Positions 1-13,756 of a DNA stretch of 64,000 nucleotides are shown here, piece by piece (position 1 is the stretch's first letter; every line of letters begins with the position of its first letter). The DNA comes from Candidatus Parcubacteria bacterium. Its GTDB lineage: Bacteria > Patescibacteriota > Minisyncoccia > Sungbacterales > SURF-37. Position numbers and translations under genes: made by a program. Where the stretch lies: NCBI GenBank assembly GCA_003599755.1, contig QZJO01000009.1:22140-86139 (forward strand). Direction: 5' to 3'. The notes under the pieces are model-generated. The model worked only from the letters and a program-made list of their open reading frames with translations, was not told the DNA's origin and did no database searches.

Positions 1-1253
<1,253 letters not shown>

Positions 1254-1265
1254 AATTTTCTGAAA

Positions 1266-1292
1266 TTAGCACTTGCGACCTTAGACTGCTAA
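1266..1292. promoter_or_regulatory. CIRCE operator (HrcA site) upstream of groES
   Basis: TTAGCACTT-N9-GACTGCTAA versus consensus TTAGCACTC-N9-GAGTGCTAA; a minus-strand TTGACA lies at 1322-1327. Confidence 0.9.
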
Positions 1293-1402
1293 CACTAGAT
1301 GTACTTTCCCATAGCGCCCCATGTCAAGAGGAAACGGGAGGAAACTATACACAACGCTGCCTCGGGCCAAATCTGTATTCAGATCGGCGGGAATGCCCTA
1401 CC

Positions 1403-4252
<2,850 letters not shown>

Positions 4253-4360
4253 GGCATGGTAGTGTACTGCCAATCGGACGCGGGTTCAAGAGTGAACGGC
4301 ATCCGCCCTAGACGGATGCCGTTTCAGATGTCTGGAGCGCGCGACCGCATGGCCATCGCG

Positions 4361-4645
4361 CTATTCGTGGCGATTGAACGCCCGCGCCACCCGGGCAACC
4401 GGAACGCCATTGCGGCGCATCGCGACAAGCCGGCTATAACGATGCCGCAGCCGCGTCAGGTGCGACGCGCCTCCTCCGACGGCGAAGTCCTCCACGTCCC
4501 GGATCGCATCCGCAAGAAACGTACCATTCCTTCCCTCCCCGCACACGATCAGGGCGACCAGGATCTGCTGATCCAGCGGAATCGTTCGAAGCCGGAGCCC
4601 TGGTTCTTGATGGCCCTCCCGTGAACGCCGCGTTCGTTTCGGCAT
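4361..4645 (-). CDS. Hypothetical protein (94 aa)
   Basis: GAGGAGG SD before ATG 4645; fills the gap between uvrA and uvrC. Confidence 0.55.
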   Translation of the reverse strand: MPKRTRRSREGHQEPGLRLRTIPLDQQILVALIVCGEGRNGTFLADAIRDVEDFAVGGGASHLTRLRHRYSRLVAMRRNGVPVARVARAFNRHE

Positions 4646-4800
4646 TGTCGCCTCCTCTCGGTTTACGATCTTATACGGGTATATCTGCCACACCGGATCC
4701 CAGCGCCGCACGGCTCAACCGCCGATGTATATGGGAACCTTCCGTTCCTTTGCAACGGTTATACTATACGCTAGACAATGGAAGCCGCACATTCAATTCT

Positions 4801-6123
4801 ATGGTCACCAAACCCACCGCCATCCCCGCATATCCCGGCGTTTATATCTTTCGCCGCGATGGAACGCCGATCTATGTCGGCAAAGCCGCGAACCTCAAAA
4901 CGCGGCTCGGTTCGTATTTCCAGAAACGGCCGAACCTCGGCACGAAAACCGAGCGGATGCTCGCCGAAGCCACAAGCGTGGATTTTGAAAGGGTCGTATC
5001 CGAGATCGATGCGCTGATCAAAGAAGCGGAGCTGATCAAAAAATTCCATCCCCGGTTCAACGTCATCATGCGCGATGACAAGAACTACTCGTTCGTCGGC
5101 ATTACCAAAGAGCCGTTTCCCCGCATCTTCGTCACGCATCAGCCGACCGACGCCGAGGCCAAGCGTCGCGCCGGCGCCAAAGGCGGCGCGAGTTACTACG
5201 GCCCGTTTACGAGCGCATCCGAACTCCACATGGCGCTCAAGCTTCTGCGCCGCGTATTCCCCTATTGCACCTGCAAACAGCCGCATAAACGTCCCTGCCT
5301 GAATAGCCAGATCGGCCGCTGTCCCGGCGTCTGCTGTATCACAGATCCGCGCGCCAGATTCAAGAAACTGGCGCACGCGCGGGCGCAGTACCGCCGCACG
5401 ATTCGGAAAATTATCGCCGTGCTCAAGGGTGATCGCCAGCGGCTGATGCAATCGCTCAAGCGCGAGATGGCACGCGCGGCCAGGACCGAACGCTATGAAG
5501 AGGCCGCGCGCCTGCGCGACGAGTTATCGGGACTCGAGAGCTTATTCGAGCATCGCACCGTGATCCGCCGACCGGACGCAGGCCCCCTATGGCAAGAGAC
5601 CGAAGCCCATTTGCGCGTAATGCTCGGCACGGACATGCCAATCAGCCGCATCGAGGGCTACGACATCTCCAATATCAGCGGTACCGAGGCGACCGGTTCC
5701 ATGGTGGTGTTCACCGATGGCCGACCGGACAAAAGCCAGTACCGAAAATTTCGCATCAAGACCGTGGTCGGCCCCAACGACGTCGCGTCGCACGGCGAGG
5801 TATTGCGCCGCCGCTTTACCCATCCCGAATGGCATTACCCCCAACTCGTCGTGATGGACGGCGGCAAGCCGCAGCTCAATGCCGCGCTCGCGGCCCTGAA
5901 GGATTCGGCCAAACGCGATAAAATTATCGGCCGCGTGATCGTCACCGCGCTTGCCAAGCGCGAGGAGATTCTCTTCACCGCCGACGGCCGATCCATCCGC
6001 CTCGCCAACGAGCACCCGGCGCTCTTCAATCTCTTTCGCTTCATCCGGAACGAATCCCACCGCTTCGCCCAGGCCTATCATCATAAACTCCGCCAAAAAT
6101 TCTATGCCGCGTCATCGCGATAA
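4801..6123 (+). CDS. uvrC: Excinuclease ABC subunit C-like (GIY-YIG, UVR and RNase H-like domains; no C-terminal HhH)
   Basis: PGVYIF...IYVGKA, YEEAARLRD, IEGYDISN, DGGKPQL, RNESHRFA. Confidence 0.92.
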   Translation: MVTKPTAIPAYPGVYIFRRDGTPIYVGKAANLKTRLGSYFQKRPNLGTKTERMLAEATSVDFERVVSEIDALIKEAELIKKFHPRFNVIMRDDKNYSFVGITKEPFPRIFVTHQPTDAEAKRRAGAKGGASYYGPFTSASELHMALKLLRRVFPYCTCKQPHKRPCLNSQIGRCPGVCCITDPRARFKKLAHARAQYRRTIRKIIAVLKGDRQRLMQSLKREMARAARTERYEEAARLRDELSGLESLFEHRTVIRRPDAGPLWQETEAHLRVMLGTDMPISRIEGYDISNISGTEATGSMVVFTDGRPDKSQYRKFRIKTVVGPNDVASHGEVLRRRFTHPEWHYPQLVVMDGGKPQLNAALAALKDSAKRDKIIGRVIVTALAKREEILFTADGRSIRLANEHPALFNLFRFIRNESHRFAQAYHHKLRQKFYAASSR

Positions 6124-6232
6124 GAAAACAAAATCCGAACGCCGTGAGAAAACAAAGCGCCCGCGCATGCTGGTCTCGGGAAAGGGCGTCTTCTTACTGG
6201 CCGCAGTGCAGCGTAAACGCCGCAGTCGCTAA
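6104..6232 (+). CDS. Small basic hypothetical protein (42 aa)
   Basis: MPRHRDKKTKSERREKTKRPRMLVSGKGVFLLAAVQRKRRSR; overlaps uvrC end. Confidence 0.4.
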   Translation: MPRHRDKKTKSERREKTKRPRMLVSGKGVFLLAAVQRKRRSR

Positions 6233-6281
6233 GGGACGCCGTGCTTTGACCCATGGCCGCCGGCTTGGTACCATAGAATTC

Positions 6282-6674
6282 GTGTTTTTCTTGAAATTCG
6301 GGATACGTATTACCGCCAATGCCGGGGCCTTGTGGGTCGCGGATCGCCTCTTTGCGGGTTTCAGCGTCATTCCCCATGTCTTGCCGAGCATGGCGGGCAT
6401 CGGCGTCGAATCTATGGCGCAGACGTTTCTGATCAGCGGCCTGATCTTGGCGATATTGTTTGCCTTTGTCCGGCCGATTCTGAAACTCCTGAGCTTCCCG
6501 CTCATTATCCTGACGTTCGGCATCTTCAACATCGTCATCAGCATCATCCTCATCGCCCTTGCCGATTGGATTGCCGGCGGCATCGAAGTAACCGGATTCA
6601 TTGCGTATGTCGGCGGCGCGCTCATCATCAGTGCTGCCAACGCTTTCATCGAACTCCTCTTCCGCACGTCATAA
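6282..6674 (+). CDS. 4TM phage-holin-like/YvlD family membrane protein
   Basis: FVRPILKLLSFPLIILTFGIF motif; GTG start just after a TGnTACCAT -10. Confidence 0.8.
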   Translation: MFFLKFGIRITANAGALWVADRLFAGFSVIPHVLPSMAGIGVESMAQTFLISGLILAILFAFVRPILKLLSFPLIILTFGIFNIVISIILIALADWIAGGIEVTGFIAYVGGALIISAANAFIELLFRTS

Positions 6675-6676
6675 TT

Positions 6677-6898
6677 ATGGATACCATCCTGAACATTATC
6701 CTCGTCGTCACGGCGGTGTTGCTCATTGCCGCCATTCTTTTGCAGCAGCGCGGCACCGGCCTCTCGACCGCGTTCGGCGGCGACGGCACGGTCTATCGCA
6801 CCAAGCGCGGCCTCGAAAAAGGGATCTTCTTCGCGACGATCGTTCTGGCGATCCTGTTTTTCGGAACGGCGCTCGCGCGCATCGTCTTTCCGTCCTAA
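6677..6898 (+). CDS. secG: Preprotein translocase subunit SecG
   Basis: ILLQQRGTGLSTAFGG...RTKRGLEK; two TM helices. Confidence 0.92.
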   Translation: MDTILNIILVVTAVLLIAAILLQQRGTGLSTAFGGDGTVYRTKRGLEKGIFFATIVLAILFFGTALARIVFPS

Positions 6899-6916
6899 CG
6901 AATCCGATTTCTTCGC

Positions 6917-8704
6917 ATGACGCTCCTTGCATCGGGTGACCCCGATTCCTCAGGCGGCATACCGCAAAGCCGTCCGTCATCGCGCTGGCAGACGCTGCGG
7001 CGGCTTTCCCGCCGCCAGTGGCTCTATCTGCCGCGCCTGTTCCCGCGCCGGGAACGGATATTCATCGTCGTGCTTGTCCTGATCGCCATAAGCTCGGCAA
7101 GCGCGCTCTCGGCGCGTGTTGTCTGGCGCGTCACCGTGCCGCAGCCGGCGGTCGGAGGGACGCTGCGCGAAGGCGCCCTGCAGGAGCCGCGCTTCATTAA
7201 CCCGATCTACGCCTCCTCCGACACCGATCGGGCGCTCGCCGCACTCGTCTTTTCGCAGCTCGTCCGCTATAACCCCGCGGGCGAGATCGAAATGGATCTG
7301 GCCGAGGACGTAGTCGTCGCAAGCGACGGCAAGGCCTACACGGTCAATCTCCGCCGCGGCGTCCAATGGCATGACGGCGAGGACTTCACGGCTGATGACG
7401 TGCTCTACACCATCCGCACGATCCAAGACCCCGGCTACCAAAGCCCGTTGCGCGCCAATTGGCAGGGAGTCACGGCCGAGAAACTCAACGATTACACCGT
7501 CCGATTTTCGCTGCGCCAACCCTATGCGCCGTTTATGGAAAATCTCGCGGTCGGCATCGTGCCCGCGCACCTCTGGGAGCGCATTCCGCGCGACGGCGCG
7601 CCCCTGTCCGATCTCAACCTCAAACCCGTCGGTACGGGACCGTACCAATTCGATAAATTCACGCGGCGCGAAGACGGCGTCATCACGCTCGTCGCGCTCA
7701 AGCGCTACAAAAATCATCACCGCGGTTCGCCGTTCGTAAAAGAAATCCGCTTCTCGTTCTATCCGAGCGAGGAGCGCATGGTAGCGGCCTACCGCCGCGG
7801 CGAAATCGACGCGCTGCCGGTCGCCACGCCCGACGCGATCGCGGCGCTCGCGGAGCTGGATGCCGAAATCCATGAAATGAATATTCCGAAGGTTTTCGGC
7901 GTCTTCTTGAATGCGAGCACCCAGCCGATACTCGGCAAGCGAACGCTGCGCGAAGCCCTGTCGCACGCGATCGACCGCGAACGCATTATCCGCGAGACCA
8001 CGAACGGCGGCCAAGCCATCGGCTCAGCACTCCCGCCGGGCACCATCGGGTTTCGAGACGATCTCAAGCCCGCGGCATACGATCCGGATCTTGCCCGCGA
8101 ACTGATCGCCCAGGACGGCTGGAAGGATGCGGACGAGGACGGCGTGCTGGAACGTTCGGAAACCGATGCGAACCGCCGAAAAGTTACGCGCAAGTTGGAA
8201 GTCATCATTACGACCGCCGACACGCCGGAGCTTGCCGGCGCGGCGAACTTGATCGCCGAGATGTGGCGGGCGGTCGGCGTAAAAACCGAAGTGCGCGCGC
8301 TCGCGACCGCGAATCTCGAAGCTGATGTCATTCGTCCCCGCTCCTACGAAATTCTGATCTTCGGCGAGGCGTTCAGCCACGAACCCGATCCCTATGCATT
8401 CTGGCACACCTCGCAGCTCAAAGATCCCGGACTCAACATTGCGCTGTACTCGAATCCGACCGTGGATAATCTCCTCGCCGAGGCCCGCGGCCTGGCCGAC
8501 CGCGACGCGCGCGCGGAGCGGTACCGCCAATTCCAAAAAATCGTCTCGGACGAGATCGGCGCCATTTTCCTCTACAGCCCGCGCACCTATTATGCGATCC
8601 GCCAGAGCACCAACGGCGTCCAACTGACCGCCGTGGCCCTGCCCGAAGACCGCTTCGCGGATATCCACCGCTGGTACCAAGACACGCGAAGAGCGCTGAA
8701 GTAA
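6917..8704 (+). CDS. Peptide/nickel ABC substrate-binding protein (family 5)
   Basis: LRRGVQWHDGEDFTADDV, PVGTGPY; N-terminal membrane anchor. Confidence 0.9.
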   Translation: MTLLASGDPDSSGGIPQSRPSSRWQTLRRLSRRQWLYLPRLFPRRERIFIVVLVLIAISSASALSARVVWRVTVPQPAVGGTLREGALQEPRFINPIYASSDTDRALAALVFSQLVRYNPAGEIEMDLAEDVVVASDGKAYTVNLRRGVQWHDGEDFTADDVLYTIRTIQDPGYQSPLRANWQGVTAEKLNDYTVRFSLRQPYAPFMENLAVGIVPAHLWERIPRDGAPLSDLNLKPVGTGPYQFDKFTRREDGVITLVALKRYKNHHRGSPFVKEIRFSFYPSEERMVAAYRRGEIDALPVATPDAIAALAELDAEIHEMNIPKVFGVFLNASTQPILGKRTLREALSHAIDRERIIRETTNGGQAIGSALPPGTIGFRDDLKPAAYDPDLARELIAQDGWKDADEDGVLERSETDANRRKVTRKLEVIITTADTPELAGAANLIAEMWRAVGVKTEVRALATANLEADVIRPRSYEILIFGEAFSHEPDPYAFWHTSQLKDPGLNIALYSNPTVDNLLAEARGLADRDARAERYRQFQKIVSDEIGAIFLYSPRTYYAIRQSTNGVQLTAVALPEDRFADIHRWYQDTRRALK

Positions 8705-8760
8705 GATCGAATTAAGCGTCGCGGGTTTCATCGCCGCTAACGAGGATCGGTTGTTTACCT

Positions 8761-9603
8761 ATGCTGCAGTCGCTGGAAAAACAGGCTGGCCTTCCCCTTT
8801 CCCTGGATCCGGCAACCAACACGATCGCGTGGCCGGACGCTGTACGCGTGGAGAAAACCAGCGTCCGGTCGTTGGCCGAGATGCGGGCCTTTCTTTCAAA
8901 CTTTCGGACCAGCGCTCCGACCGACACGATCTACACCATGTACCGCAACGTCTGCCTGGCCGCGGACGAAGCGGCCATCCGCTCGCTCGACCTGCGGTAT
9001 GACATCACCGTCATTCCGCCCGGCGCGTTCGACGGCAAGCGGCGCCGGGAATTGTTCCGCACCGCGGGCCACTACCATCCGTTCAAGCCGGGCACGGGCG
9101 TGGCGTACCCCGAGATCTACGAAGTATTGAGCGGCCACGCGTATTGGCTCATTCAGCGGCCGAAAATAAGCGATCCGGCGATCGTGGAAGAGGTCTATCT
9201 TATTGAGGCCGGGCCGGGCGAAAAAGCGATTATGCTTCCCGGCTTCGGCCATGTGACGATCAATGCCTACCAGGAACCGCTCGTGCTTTCCGATTGGACC
9301 AGCACCGCGTTTACCAGCGATTACGAGCCGTATCGGCGCATGCACGGCGCGGCCTACTGGGCATTCGAAGGGCCGAATCCCGAGACCATCGTATTCGACG
9401 TCAACACCCATTACCGCAACGTGCCGGACCTGGCCAAGTACCGCCCGCGCGAAATTCCCGAATTCGGCCTGACATTCGATACGCCCGCCTATGAGCTGGT
9501 GCGCGATCTGGAAAAGCTGCGCTTCCTCAGCGATCCCGAAGATTTTACCGCACTGCTGACGCTTAATCGGTGCTACGAAAAAGTAGCGTCGGGCGGGGAT
9601 TGA
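8761..9603 (+). CDS. Cupin (archaeal-type) glucose-6-phosphate isomerase
   Basis: LRYDITVIPPG...TAGHYH...YPEIYEVLSG...PGFGHVTIN. Confidence 0.85.
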   Translation: MLQSLEKQAGLPLSLDPATNTIAWPDAVRVEKTSVRSLAEMRAFLSNFRTSAPTDTIYTMYRNVCLAADEAAIRSLDLRYDITVIPPGAFDGKRRRELFRTAGHYHPFKPGTGVAYPEIYEVLSGHAYWLIQRPKISDPAIVEEVYLIEAGPGEKAIMLPGFGHVTINAYQEPLVLSDWTSTAFTSDYEPYRRMHGAAYWAFEGPNPETIVFDVNTHYRNVPDLAKYRPREIPEFGLTFDTPAYELVRDLEKLRFLSDPEDFTALLTLNRCYEKVASGGD

Positions 9604-9628
9604 CAGATCGGTTCGGGCGCGGTAGTAT
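9600..9628 (+). promoter_or_regulatory. Sigma70-type promoter upstream of the tRNA-Leu locus
   Basis: TTGACA-N17-TAGTAT. Confidence 0.7.
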
Positions 9629-9747
9629 TGCACCATAACAATCTCCGCAATATCGCAATCGTTCACGGGTTTGCGTTCATAACCGCATCCCCGGAACATT
9701 CTTTTGCCGCGGTAGATGGAATGGCAGATTTACCCCGCCCAGATGAT

Positions 9748-9834
9748 GGGCAGGTGGTGGAATCGGCAGACACGTACGGTTCCCCGCACCAGAGCAAAGC
9801 TCGGTGCGAGGTGGGCGCTGCCGTATGCCGCCCA
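9748..9834 (+). pseudogene. tRNA-Leu-like 5' half interrupted at the anticodon loop
   Basis: GGTGGTGGAATCGGCAGACACGTACGGTT resembles the 5' half of the tRNA-Leu downstream; TACGG/CCGTA stem encloses a hairpin insert; no T arm. Confidence 0.55.
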
Positions 9835-9854
9835 TCGAATTCCAAAATGCATAT

Positions 9855-9936
9855 GCCCTGGTGGCGGAACTGGCAGACGCGCACGGTTCAGAGCCGTGTG
9901 AGGCAACTCGTGGGAGTTCGACTCTCCCCCAGGGCA
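9855..9936 (+). tRNA. tRNA-Leu(CAG)
   Basis: GCCCTGG/CCAGGGC acceptor stem, CACGG-TTCAGAG-CCGTG anticodon arm, long variable arm, GTTCGAC T loop; CCA not encoded. Confidence 0.95.
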
Positions 9937-10087
9937 CTGCACGGTCATATGACCAAGCATTCATTATTCGTCTAACGTAATTGGGTAATACGCAGACACT
10001 CCAAAGGCCGGTTTGCTATTTACCTCGACGCGCGTATTCTCCGATGCGCTCGTATCGCAGTAACACGACGACTATCTGCATAACCGC

Positions 10088-11833
10088 ATGATACGCACCA
10101 CGCAAAGCCGGCGCCGCGGCGAATCCTTGCCGCTGGTACTCCGGTCACTCAATCACGAAAATCGCCCCGCGCTCCGCATTATCCCGGTCGGGGGCGTCGA
10201 GGAAGTCGGTCGCAACATGACTATCCTCGAATACGGCAATGACATCATCGTCGTCGACATGGGCCTCCAATTTCCCGAGGAGGACATGCCGGGGATCGAC
10301 TACATCATTCCGAATATCGAATACCTCATCCCCAAGAAGAAAAACATCCGGGGCATCATCATCACGCACGCGCACTACGATCACATCGGCGCGATCCCCC
10401 ACCTCATGCCCATGCTGGGGGACTCGATTCCGATCTATGCCACCGACCTGGCCTGCGCGATCATCGCGCGCCGCCAGGAGGACTACAAGCACTACGGCTC
10501 GCGCCTGCAGCTCAACGAGATCAAAAACGACACCAAGCTTACGCTCGGCGCGTTCAAGATCGAATTCTTCGGCGTGTCGCACAACATCCCCGGTTCGGTC
10601 GGCGTGATCGCCGAGACGCCCGGGGGCATCGTGGTGCACACCGGCGACTTCAAGATCGATCTTAAATCCGATATCGCCGGCCGCACCGAAGTCGAGAAAA
10701 TAAAGGCGCTCGGCAAGCGAAACGTCCTTGCCCTGCTCTCGGACTCGACCAACGCCCGCGAGTCAGGCCACCAAAACTCCGAACACGAAATCAAACTGCA
10801 GCTCGAAGACATCATCCGCGATACCAAAGGCCGCCTCATCATCGGCACGTTCGCCTCGCTCTTGGGCCGCCTCAACCAGATCATCCAGCTGGCCGAGAAA
10901 TACAAGCGCAAAGTCGCCATCGACGGCCATTCGATGAAGCTCAACATTGAAATCGCCAAGAAGCTCGGCTACATGCAGTTCAACGAAAAGACGGTTATCC
11001 CGATCCAGGAGGTCGAGAACTACCGGCCCGAGCAAGTCATGATCCTTGCGACCGGCGCCCAGGGCGAAGAGCGCGCCTCGCTCATGCGCATGGCCAATCG
11101 CGAGCACCGGGTGCTCCGTATCCAGCCGGGCGACACGGTGGTCTTCTCCTCGTCGGTCATCCCGGGCAATGAGCGCACGGTCCAGCGCCTCACCGATAAG
11201 CTCTACCGCGAAGGAGCGGAAGTCATCAACAAATACATGCTCGACATCCACGCCGGCGGGCATGCCAAACGCGAGGACCTGAAGCAAATGGTGGAGTGGA
11301 TCCGGCCGAAATTTCTCGCGCCGATAGAAGGCAACCACTCGTTCTTGAAAATGCACGGCAAGGCCGCAATGGAAGCGGGCATGAAGCCCGAGCAGATCCT
11401 CATCGCCGACAATGGCCAGGTTATCTCCTGCCAGGGCAGCGTCTGCACGCTTACCGACGAACGCATCCCCTCGAGCTACGTCTTCGTCGACGGCCTCGGC
11501 GTCGGCGACATCGGCGAAGTGGTGCTGCGCGATCGCGAGGCGCTTGCCTCCGACGGCATGTTCGTCATCATCGCCGTCATCGACAGCCAGACCGGAAAAC
11601 TCCGGGGTTCGCCCGACATCATTTCGCGCGGCTTCGTGTATCTCCGGGAAAACCAGGAACTCCTGAAAGACGTGCGAAAGAAAATAAAAGACATCATCGA
11701 ATCGAGTACCACGCCAAATGAAACCTTGAACCCGCAGTACGTGCGCGACAATCTGCGCGACCGCGTGGGCCAATACCTCTTCACGAAAACCCAGCGCCGA
11801 CCCATGGTCCTGCCCGTCGTGGTCGAAGTCTAG
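10088..11833 (+). CDS. rnj: Ribonuclease J
   Basis: GGVEEVGRNM, THAHYDHIG, HTGDFK, HAGGH, RRPMVLPVVVEV. Confidence 0.96.
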   Translation: MIRTTQSRRRGESLPLVLRSLNHENRPALRIIPVGGVEEVGRNMTILEYGNDIIVVDMGLQFPEEDMPGIDYIIPNIEYLIPKKKNIRGIIITHAHYDHIGAIPHLMPMLGDSIPIYATDLACAIIARRQEDYKHYGSRLQLNEIKNDTKLTLGAFKIEFFGVSHNIPGSVGVIAETPGGIVVHTGDFKIDLKSDIAGRTEVEKIKALGKRNVLALLSDSTNARESGHQNSEHEIKLQLEDIIRDTKGRLIIGTFASLLGRLNQIIQLAEKYKRKVAIDGHSMKLNIEIAKKLGYMQFNEKTVIPIQEVENYRPEQVMILATGAQGEERASLMRMANREHRVLRIQPGDTVVFSSSVIPGNERTVQRLTDKLYREGAEVINKYMLDIHAGGHAKREDLKQMVEWIRPKFLAPIEGNHSFLKMHGKAAMEAGMKPEQILIADNGQVISCQGSVCTLTDERIPSSYVFVDGLGVGDIGEVVLRDREALASDGMFVIIAVIDSQTGKLRGSPDIISRGFVYLRENQELLKDVRKKIKDIIESSTTPNETLNPQYVRDNLRDRVGQYLFTKTQRRPMVLPVVVEV

Positions 11834-11843
11834 CAAAATGGGA

Positions 11844-11878
11844 AAACCCGGCAGAGCGCTTCGCTCCGCCGGGTTTTT
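11844..11878 (+). terminator. Intrinsic (probably bidirectional) terminator
   Basis: AAAACCCGGC...GCCGGGTTTTT. Confidence 0.8.
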
Positions 11879-11885
11879 CGTTGAC

Positions 11886-12194
11886 TCACTTCACCGAGGA
11901 GAGCCGCCCGAGATCGCGCACAAGACGAAACCCGCGGAACCCTGCCAGAGTTAGAGCAACGAACGCGTTGGCAAGATGCCGGGCATCGGTGCCCTGGCCG
12001 CGGAACAATCGCCGCGCCTCGGCCAGCGGCACGCGGTTCCGGGCTGCATACTCCGCGACGCCGCGGATCCATCCGCGGCGAGCTCGGCGCAGGAGCCGCT
12101 TGCGCACCCCGGTATTGGCGAGGCCAGAGATCGCCGCCCAGAGTCCCGGCAAGAACCACAGCGCGACCGCGATCGCGACCATGAGTTTTGTCAT
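11886..12194 (-). CDS. Hypothetical membrane protein
   Basis: GGAGG SD before ATG 12194; hydrophobic N-terminus. Confidence 0.5.
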   Translation of the reverse strand: MTKLMVAIAVALWFLPGLWAAISGLANTGVRKRLLRRARRGWIRGVAEYAARNRVPLAEARRLFRGQGTDARHLANAFVALTLAGFRGFRLVRDLGRLSSVK

Positions 12195-12247
12195 TGCAAC
12201 TGCCTCCGGCATTGGTTTTCAGCCCGTTTTACGATAGAATGCGGACG

Positions 12248-13246
12248 ATGAAGGGTCAATCACGCATATTCAGCGGCATCCGCCCCTCGGGCGATTTACA
12301 TATCGGCAACTATCTCGGCGCGATCAAGCAATGGATCAAACTGCAGGACTCGCATGAGATTATCGCCGGTATCGTGGATCTGCATGCCATCACCACGCCG
12401 CACGAGCCCGAAAAACTCCGCCGCGCCACGCTCGAGACCGCGATGGTCTATTTGGCCGCGGGTCTGGATCCGAACAAAGTGACGCTCATGGTGCAATCGC
12501 ACGTGCCCGCACACACCGAGCTTGCGTGGATTTTAGGCACCATGACGCCGCTGGGCGAGCTTGAGCGCATGACGCAATTTAAGGAGAAGGGACGCGAAGC
12601 GGCCGCGCGCCAAGGCATCATGGCCGGCCTCCTCAACTATCCGGTGCTTATGGCAGCCGATATTCTTCTGTATCAGACCGCGGTCGTGCCGGTCGGCGAG
12701 GACCAAGAACAGCACGTCGAACTCGCCCGCTCCATTGCCGAGCGCTTCAACAACAAATACGGTGAAACGTTTACGGTACCGGCCGTGCAACTGCAAAAAG
12801 AATCGGCGCGCATCATGTCGCTGACTGATCCGGAAAAGAAAATGTCCAAAAGCGACGAGTCGGCCAAAAGCGCCATCATGCTGGCTGATGAGCCCGGCGC
12901 GATCCGAGAAAAAATAAAATCCGCGGTCACGGATTCGGGCAAAGAAATCCGCTACGACCCGGACGCCAAGCCGGCGGTATCGAATCTCCTCGTTATCTTT
13001 TCCGAACTTTCCGGCCGGCCGATCAAGGAGCTCGAAGAATCCTATAACGGCAAAGCCTACGCTGAATTCAAATCAGACCTCGCCGAAGCGGTGATCGAAG
13101 GCCTCAAGCCGTTGCAGGCCAAGCTCACGGAACTCCGCGAGAACGAACAAGCGGTGCTGACGATTCTCCGCGACGGCAGCGAAAAGGCCGCCGCGATCGC
13201 GAACAAAACCTTGGCAAGCGTGCGCGAAAAAATCGGATTTCTCTAA
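12248..13246 (+). CDS. trpS: Tryptophan--tRNA ligase
   Basis: SGIRPSGDLHIGNYLG, VPVGEDQ, KMSKS. Confidence 0.97.
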   Translation: MKGQSRIFSGIRPSGDLHIGNYLGAIKQWIKLQDSHEIIAGIVDLHAITTPHEPEKLRRATLETAMVYLAAGLDPNKVTLMVQSHVPAHTELAWILGTMTPLGELERMTQFKEKGREAAARQGIMAGLLNYPVLMAADILLYQTAVVPVGEDQEQHVELARSIAERFNNKYGETFTVPAVQLQKESARIMSLTDPEKKMSKSDESAKSAIMLADEPGAIREKIKSAVTDSGKEIRYDPDAKPAVSNLLVIFSELSGRPIKELEESYNGKAYAEFKSDLAEAVIEGLKPLQAKLTELRENEQAVLTILRDGSEKAAAIANKTLASVREKIGFL

Positions 13247-13317
13247 GCGGTCTATAGGCAAAACTAGCCAAGACGATCGTCTTGGCTAGTTTTCGGTTCC
13301 GTATCTTTTCGCCGGCA

Positions 13318-13749
13318 CTACTTCTTTTCGTCCCGGTCCGCGAAGCCAAACCACCAGAGTATACTTCCGAAAAACGCGACCGCGATATCGCGGATAACGT
13401 CGCGCTGCCAAATTTCGGTCATGTGCAGCGCGTAATAACGGACGTCATCGTCGAAATAGTATTCATACACCTCCCAGGAGACCGTCACGGCAAGCGTCAC
13501 GATCATGAGGCGCCAGAGCCGCGGCTGAAGCGCGAACCACTCGTATGCGAGCGCGATCAGCACGCCGCCGAAAAAATGGGGAATTTTATCGATGTCATGG
13601 GCGCCGATGTAGCGCAATTGCTGGCGCGTGGCGAAAAAATCCACGAAAACCAAAAAGCCCGCGAGCCCGAGCCCGATGACCGAACCCAACGCCTGTTTCC
13701 ACGGCGCAAAACCGCGATTCCACCGCATGCGGATAGCCATCACCGCCAT
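13318..13749 (-). CDS. Hypothetical membrane protein
   Basis: DKIPHFFGG...WEVYEY...D motif pattern in a multi-TM ORF. Confidence 0.7.
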   Translation of the reverse strand: MAVMAIRMRWNRGFAPWKQALGSVIGLGLAGFLVFVDFFATRQQLRYIGAHDIDKIPHFFGGVLIALAYEWFALQPRLWRLMIVTLAVTVSWEVYEYYFDDDVRYYALHMTEIWQRDVIRDIAVAFFGSILWWFGFADRDEKK

Positions 13750-13756
13750 AGCGTAC

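Noticed and set aside
6282-6674. Holin-like gene as a prophage marker
   Set aside because: This family is common in core chromosomes; no phage genes nearby
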